Shown here piece by piece: positions 56,831-64,000 of a stretch of DNA of 64,000 nucleotides. Source of the DNA: Klebsormidium nitens (taxonomy: Eukaryota; Plantae; Klebsormidiophyceae). Under the pieces are notes generated by a model. The model was not told the origin of the DNA, did no database searches, and saw only the letters and a program-made list of their open reading frames with translations. The stretch's first letter is position 1, and each line of letters opens with the position of its first letter. Location: positions 62,001-126,000 of the forward strand of contig DF237036.1 of assembly GCA_000708835.1 (NCBI GenBank), in the 5' to 3' direction. The translations under genes were made by a program, and so were the position numbers.

Positions 56831-59689
56831 ATGAAGGCGACTTGACACGACGACTATTTTCCCTGTGGGGGCATCACTATCCACTAATGAGACCACTGAA
56901 TGGGACACTCAATTCCCCAGCATATCCTTGCCCTTTGTCAGCACGTTGAGGACGCTTTTCCGAGAGCAGGTCCAAGCTGAAGCGCCCAAGGAGGCGCCCA
57001 ATTCAAAAAGGTCAACAACAAACCAAAGACCGAAAATCAAAGCTAGCTGCCTTGGCGACCTTATGAACGCAACAACTTCAACCGGGGGCCATCAGCCCTG
57101 ACAAGCGCCATCCACTTGGCGAACGCCCAAAATGTCCTGGCACGTCCTCGCCCTTTAGACAAAAGCTAAACGTCATAACCACAATCATTTACTGGAATGC
57201 CCACGCAGTTCTGCTGTTCAATGCTCACGAAGAAGAGCAGTCAGCAAATTGCTCTTCCCAAGCGGGCATCAGTAGGAGAAGCTGGTTGAAGAACGGCTGC
57301 CCATCCGACCGTCACGTCCTTGCCATTTGCAGTTCACTGGAGTCCCACCAAAGTAATCACCAAGTGAATGCGGATTAAAGCACAATGTCGTCCCCGAAAT
57401 TCGGCAACGAAACATCTTTGCTTGCTTGCTCCTGGTACAGTATCTCAAAGTTCAACGCGTATCTGAACAACTCTGGCTTGGAGAGAGCGACAACATACAG
57501 GGATCCCGGAGCACCATCGAGACAGAAGAGGTTCCGCCAACGTTTGATTTAAGGGGTACCGCGACCGAAATAGCCCGTGCACAAATCCGTACATCATGAA
57601 AGTGTACTTTCATTGCTGGGCAGAAAGCATGCAAAGCACGCAGGAGGAATGCTCTCAGCTGTCATGATGTATCTGACGGACGCACAGGTAGTGGTTAAGA
57701 GCGGAAGCTGAAATGCAGAGAAGTACTTTCTATTAGCTCGTTGATCTGTACATGCAGGTCTCGCAAACAAGAGCTTTCAAACTCTACGACGAATCAGCGA
57801 AGCAACGCTCTATCGCTGGCATCTAGAAAACTACAGGAAGGGTTGAGAGATCCCCAAGCTACTTTCGCGTCATTGCCATGCCAAATTAAGAAAACCTTGA
57901 AAAGAAAAAGCAATACAGAGATCTGCGTCTTGAGTGCGTGTCACTGATGTTGGCTTTCATCAAACGCTCATATAGATATTATCTTTCAGTCCAGGAAAGA
58001 AGGATACCAAAAGAAGCCGTGAACATTTCAGAAGGGGCCATCAGGGACGATGCCAAAGAAAGGCCGCTCAGATCAACGAACCCGTTTTAACTTTCACGAA
58101 GCATCCCTCTTTCCGCAGATTGCAAACCATATGACGTCTCGAAAGTTTGTGACGGCTGCAAAATTCGCCCGTGCTGGGCGGTATAGCTTCGTAGGATTAA
58201 TGAGAGGCGACCGTAACAGATTGTTAAAACGTGTTTTTTCTTTTGAAGCGTAAAAGGGAGGGTCTTGATGTTTATAAAAAGCAGCCTCACCACCCGGCAG
58301 TGATCGAGGCAGCATGCCCAGCGAATCATTGCCAAAAGACCAAAATCCATTCCGGCATGGTAAAGCCGGTATGATCAAACATGACAAAGACGTGATGGGC
58401 ACTAAATCAAACCCGATTCAGATTGATGAGAAGGCAGTGTAGACTTAAACCGAAATGGCGACCGGCTGCCCACGAGTTTGCCTTTGCGAGCGCTCGCTTA
58501 GGTCTGTCACATGATGCAGCAACACAGAAACCGCAAGCAAAAGGGCGACGTAGCCCAGAATCCGTCAAGTGCCATGCTGGGCAGACGCCCTATTCGAGGT
58601 GCACGGGATTGTGGCTTCGACCAGCCGCTCGGACCCCCGACTCATCTATGGGGGCGTCGATTGTGAAAGTCAGAATTGTTGCGTCACACCAACAAGAGCT
58701 ACCAACAGAAAGCGCAGATCAACATGCTCGTGGAGAATGTCCTACTAGCGATGGAATCGAAGTAGACTACTTTTGAGATTTAACGGCAGGCTTGGCTTCA
58801 ACACAGAGCTTCTGAGTTACAAAAACCCAGGTTTCAAACCCAGATCATTGCCAGCAAAGGGCAGCGCTTGCAGACAGAAAGAGGGAGGGAATTGCTAGGT
58901 TGACCCGGCTTGAGGCTCTGGTGAGAGAGCAATCCACGTGACGAAGGGAGAAATACCATGTCTTATGCTGGATGATCCGCAGTCGGCTTATACGGTATAG
59001 ACCGTGCAACCATGACCAGACCTGACTTGCGAATCTGCATGTGCCTGATTAAGAGAAAGCAAGTGCAGAAGCACCTTGATTGAAGCTGACCTCAGGACTT
59101 CAGACCGGTACGTGCGTTGAGCACCCACTATGAAGCAGCATATCCTTGTCGTGCAAAGTCATCAAAGCTGTCGCTCGCACGATCTGAAAATTGCAAACTG
59201 AACCGGCTTGTCGTAAGACCTGCTATCTCGTATTCAACAGAAACACATCTCGGACCCGTGAGTTGCGATTGGCATCAGTTCTTGTCGGGGTTCATACTGC
59301 CTTGGGAAGCCATCCCAGAATAAAGCGACTCATTGCCAAAATATTCCATGACCAAGACCAAGACCAAGTCGGGCCTATCACCAAAGTATTGCAAGAAGAT
59401 GCAGGCGGGTCTGTCCTTTACAGTTATACTGTGTCAGCAAGACGCAATCTCTTGGTGCCAAAGGGCCCGTGCTTGCTCTCAAAAACGATCCAACGAAAAA
59501 AAACATCTTCTCTTCGAGTTGCCTCTCCAAGACGATTGGGTTTGCACAGAGGAAAGCAAGCTGCCGAAGCTGCCAGTCCTCAGTACCAAGCGGCGTGGGG
59601 ACAGCAGGTAGCGAGATCCAAGTCACAGAAGGTTTTCTTCCCCAAAGTCCACGGATGAAACGCTAGGAAACTTACCACTCGGATATCTT

Positions 59690-60004
59690 TTCACCTTATG
59701 AACCATGCTTTTTTTAAAGGCTTGAAGACGTCCGTGTACGGCAAGGTTCGCAATACTGAGCCCAGAAATCGTGTGCATATGATCGCCATAACGGCCGTTT
59801 GTTGGACCGGAGACCCATAGTAAGACCTGAGAGTCCGCTCGCAGTCTGCGGGCTCACGGGACGAGTGATCCCCAACTGCTTCAATTGCTTGCACGCCCAA
59901 GCGGAGGCTTCCAAGCAAAGCCAGCAGACTTGCAGCTGGAACCTTTTGAAAGCCAGGCTAAAAGATGAAACAATCCATCCCACACGCAAGCTAATCACTG
60001 CCAA
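59690..60004 (-). pseudogene. F-box-like remnant
   Basis: WLCLEASAWACKQLKQLG...KRPLWRSYAHDFW resembles the F-box C-terminal VCK-W...LWR pattern. Confidence 0.3.
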
Positions 60005-63000
60005 CGAAGAAGACGAGCTGTGACGATCAATTGAAAGCGGGAACGCGGAAATAGCGAGCTATGCTAAAGTCGGCAGATCTTACCTTTGCAAAACAGCAGC
60101 ACGCATTTGAGAGCAGCAGCTTAACTATGACTAGTCAGGGCATAGCTTTTGAGGCACGACGCCCCAACAATCGAACCATAACGTCACCAGGCACAACAAG
60201 CCAAAGCGTGGGCTGTAGGAGTGAGGAAGGATGCGGATCGAAGGAGACAAGTGCTCAAGGACGAGTGCAGAAGCTACTTTACGACCCCCAAACTCACTGG
60301 CCAAATTTCCTGCCCCAAACCGGGCTTCTCGATACAAGAAGGTGTTAAATAACGGTTACAAGTGTGAAGAAACAGAAAGTAGCAGGAGAAGGGCACGAAA
60401 GAAATACGTTTCCGATCCTCACTTCTAATGGCGGCAACAACGAGCACGCTCCACGCAACTCTTCTCGTCCTGCCACCTCCGTCCCTGCCGCTTCGTTAGC
60501 AGAACACAACCTGCATCCGGAGAGCCCCGTCAAACGGCAACTCGATTTAACAACAATAAGAAGTGTGAAAACGCATCAAGTAACGGCACGTGGCGTTTTC
60601 AAGACAATCTAGGAACGAGAAAGGGAAAGTACGGACACGGAGTGTTGTGTGTGGCGTCGGCATCACGGTCAGAGAAATGGGGTCGAACACCCCATACTAA
60701 CGTCACGGCCACCTCTGAAGAGGATTACATTGATCTTAGCTCCCGAGGCAAAGCAACCCAAAGCAACTACCGTGATATGGAAGCAGGCTTCAAACGACTC
60801 CTTTTTTGGCGCCTAGCACTTTCAAGCACTACGAATCGATTTTAAATGCAGCTTCAAGCGAGTGAGTTGAGCGCGGGACACGCGGGACATTAGCGGGCCC
60901 GAAATCAGCAAAGCAGCAACAGATCAACATGAAAGAGGATCAAACGAGGGTCGGGCTTGGAAACGTCTGCCGGAGAATATCGAGAGGCACGCTGACAATG
61001 TCCCACCAATTGGATGCGCGATACAGAGTTTACACCGGGACGGTCAGCTCAACGAGGAAGAAAGGTTGACCAAGGCGTTAAAATGGGTGCGGTTGACCAA
61101 CAAGATGGGGCAACAGCGTACCCTGCTAAGTGGTTGGACATCAGGTACAATCGTTATCCGTTTGATATAACTCTTAGTCGAGGAGTATTTGCCAGTCTGC
61201 GCTACAAGGACACAATCTGCGAGGGCAGAAACAGCAAAGCCGCAAGATGAACATGATTGGAAACACCGTCAGCTAGAGCCGACCCCATTCTTAAAAGGGC
61301 TGTATAGGCAGACAAACTTCAATCCCTTTGCATCGTCGAGAAGCGTGAAAAGCGGAGTCAAGCAGAATCCTCATGCGCAAGCAGTCCCTGTTCCTCACTG
61401 ATCTAGACAAACCTTCATTGACCTCGCGACGCTTTTCTGTTTTGCTAGAGTAAGTAGGTCTGAAAATCCTTTGTTAAAAGGCTCAAAAGCCTAGCGTCGG
61501 ATGACGCCGTGGAGATTAGACTGGGCAACAAGAACCCAAGCTGCGAGCTTTCTCCTTGCCACAAATCACTAGTACGTACGTGTTCCACTAGGGAGGTCTG
61601 CAACCAACCAATTGACTGAGGACTCAACCGACGCCTTCGATCACCCCATGAATCCGTTATAAGCAAGAGATTGCAATCTCTCATCCTGGAACCAAAAGAT
61701 TACCTTACTTCGCCGGCTGCTTTCCCAGGTGAAGCCCTCGATCACATTCGATGAGCCAAAAAAGATGACCTTTGACGAAGCACACGCTGCAGAGCACGAG
61801 AAATCGTGCATCGACGGCGCTAGCCGACCACCAACGGCGCTGGCCTTGACAGACTCATGCGCTCCTTGGAAAGAAGCATCCGCGAGTGCGCGTATTGATC
61901 TTACTGGATTGTTCTTTGAACGTCACGGTGTCCGTCGTGAAAGGTCCAGAATTAAAATTGGGCCGAGGCGTGATTTAGGGCAGATTCTGTCACCCGACTC
62001 TATATTCTTGGATTCTCTCACCCAACTCGATATATTTTCGATTCTGTAGGAGGCCCACATCCAACTTCGAAATGCTTAACAGCAGAATAACTGCAAATAT
62101 GTGTAACACCCCCAATCAGCAGAAATAAGGGGAACTTTCAAAAATTGGCGACGGAGCACGATGATCTGCGTGTCTGCCTCAGTATGACACAGATTTCTAC
62201 GCGCGTCATTGCCACTACGAAGGAAACGTGGGGTACACAAAACAGGAAGAACTTTATAATGCTCACCGCATGTCCTTCTGTTAGCATTAGCGGGACCTGA
62301 AGTCCGCAAAGTGCACTAGTTGGCCTCAAGCATATGCAGCAGTTCATCTGGGTCTTATTACCCAACGGGTAAAGCGCATCATGCCACGCAGGTCTGACAG
62401 CGATCCTTCATTTCAGAAACTCTTGACCAATGATCGTACACGAAACGCAGGCTTCTGCATGACCGACGCTCTGGGGGCTGGCATGTGGGAACATACCATA
62501 ACCCACATCGTAGCCAATCCCCCAGAGAAAAACACGTATCGCCTTGTCGATTGCCAAAATAACGGGGCTCCTTCCGTAAAAGGTGCAGGCTTGAGTAAGA
62601 AAGAGAGAGCGCTGTGGTGCGGCAGGCAACCCACGTTCACTAAACCGAGTTACTTCCTATTCAAGGCCCTTTAGCAAAACACGGAAACTGCACGTTAGGA
62701 AATGCCACTGAACATTTCCTTGAGGTGTAAATGAGAGTGCAAGATTCAGCGCAAGATCTGCCACTGGGGCGTCAGACGAAGCATTGAGACATTGACACAG
62801 ATCTCCCAGCTTTAAATCGTCATTGCCTGTCATCGTCATTGCCTGTCATGGAACTCTACAAAGCCTCCTGGCCAATAGCACCCTCTATTGTACTCGGAAA
62901 TTGAAATTGGTACGACCGACTAAACGTCGTTCGAAATCCTACTTGCGTATGGCAAGCCAGAGTTGGGGATGGCCCACAAACCGGGTGATCCTCAATATGA

Positions 63001-64000
63001 TTGACCAAAAGCAGTCGAAAGTAGGAACGCAATGAAGTTGGTTCCCACCCCTGGAACGTGAGATTGGTTCCAGGATACAAGCCCGCGACTCGGAAACTTC
63101 GGGCTTTATATAAGCCGTTTTATACACACAGGGACACCTTTCAAAACTAGAGGTCCAAACGCAGACGGAAAGTCATAACGACCACGATCGGTGATCTACT
63201 TTGCCGATTCAATCGCCAAGTGTCGACCAGACCCCCGGCGCTCTCCCTATAGATCTCATCAGTCTACTACTACGTTTCTTAAGCCTGGCATTAGCTTAGA
63301 GAAGGAGTGTCATTGGGCCGCATTCGGCTGTAGTTTACCCCATGTCAACTGTCACTGGCTGCCAATTTGCAACAAGCGATTTAACACAAAGCCGTTTCCT
63401 CAAGAGCCAGAACGGAAAAGCTCCTGGCACGGATTTGAAAGCGTCCCTGGAAGCTTTTCGCTCCAGCAAGCAGGACAAGGCGCATACCCATTCTAGTAAA
63501 AGAGCTTCCAGATCATCTCGAGGGGATTTCGGAAAAGTAAGGCTAGCGCTGACCGGTCGGACTACAGAGTGCTGTATGGCGCAGCGGAATGGAGTGGGCA
63601 AAGCAAACCCGATGAGCCCATGGAGCAGAGATTTAAATGTCTGCACAGCCGGATATGTAGAAGTTGCGCAGCTCAGTCTCGACTTACGTCGCGATTGACA
63701 AGAAAGGACCTAGTTAGCTCCACAGAATCAAGAAGCAGAGTCAAGGTAACCGGTGAAATCGGCCCTCCTTCTATTTTGGCCAAAAAACGGAGACCAAAGA
63801 TTCAGACTATTGTTACGGCATCAGCTTTGTGACCGGTCAGTGGCCCTCATTGCGGCACTATGCCTTAAGAAAAACGCATCTTTGCCCGCTCGAGAGGATA
63901 CTGCCATGCGGAACCTCAGACCAGAAATGTTGATAGGATGGCACACTCTGCTCCGTTCCGGTCTTTCAAATCTTCTGACCCAACGGGCGTGCAGCCCAAG

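Noticed and set aside
59348-59372. Short simple repeats (ACCAAG x4 here; also AGATGGC x3 near 1345, a 19-bp duplication near 8230 and a 22-bp duplication near 34165)
   Set aside because: Ordinary slippage products with no further structure.
1-64000. rRNA, tRNA, prokaryotic operons or an endogenous giant-virus insertion
   Set aside because: No conserved rRNA or tRNA motifs were recognised by eye, there are no dense intronless ORF runs, and no viral hallmark genes were seen. tRNAscan-SE or Infernal would be needed to exclude small RNAs formally.

Overview
This is eukaryotic nuclear DNA with spliceosomal introns (GT-AG plus two GC-AG, typical exons about 90-250 bp). The gene content (flagellar IFT56, a plant-type PB1 protein, a plastid-type mTERF, a cyclic-nucleotide-dependent kinase) fits a streptophyte alga such as Klebsormidium; that assignment is inference. 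I reconstructed seven genes by hand, checking splice phases: IFT56/TTC26 (minus, runs off the left edge), a PB1-domain protein, a secreted and probably GPI-anchored Pro/Ala-rich protein, a 20+-exon PKG-like kinase with four cNMP-binding domains, an OTU1/YOD1-type deubiquitinase, a METTL21-like lysine methyltransferase and an mTERF protein. There are two MITEs with clear TIRs and TSDs, some possible transposon remnants, and about 19 kb (45-64 kb) of decayed paralogous, tentatively F-box-like gene copies. The most striking unexplained structure is a recurring 'exon echo' pattern. More than 25 partial copies of exon ends, with their splice sites, lie in the introns directly next to the parent exon in three different genes. 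Their polarity is strict: acceptor halves upstream, donor halves downstream. They tend to decay with distance. Several differ from the working exon almost only at synonymous positions, which simple neutral tandem duplication does not predict. No rRNA, tRNA or CRISPR array was found.
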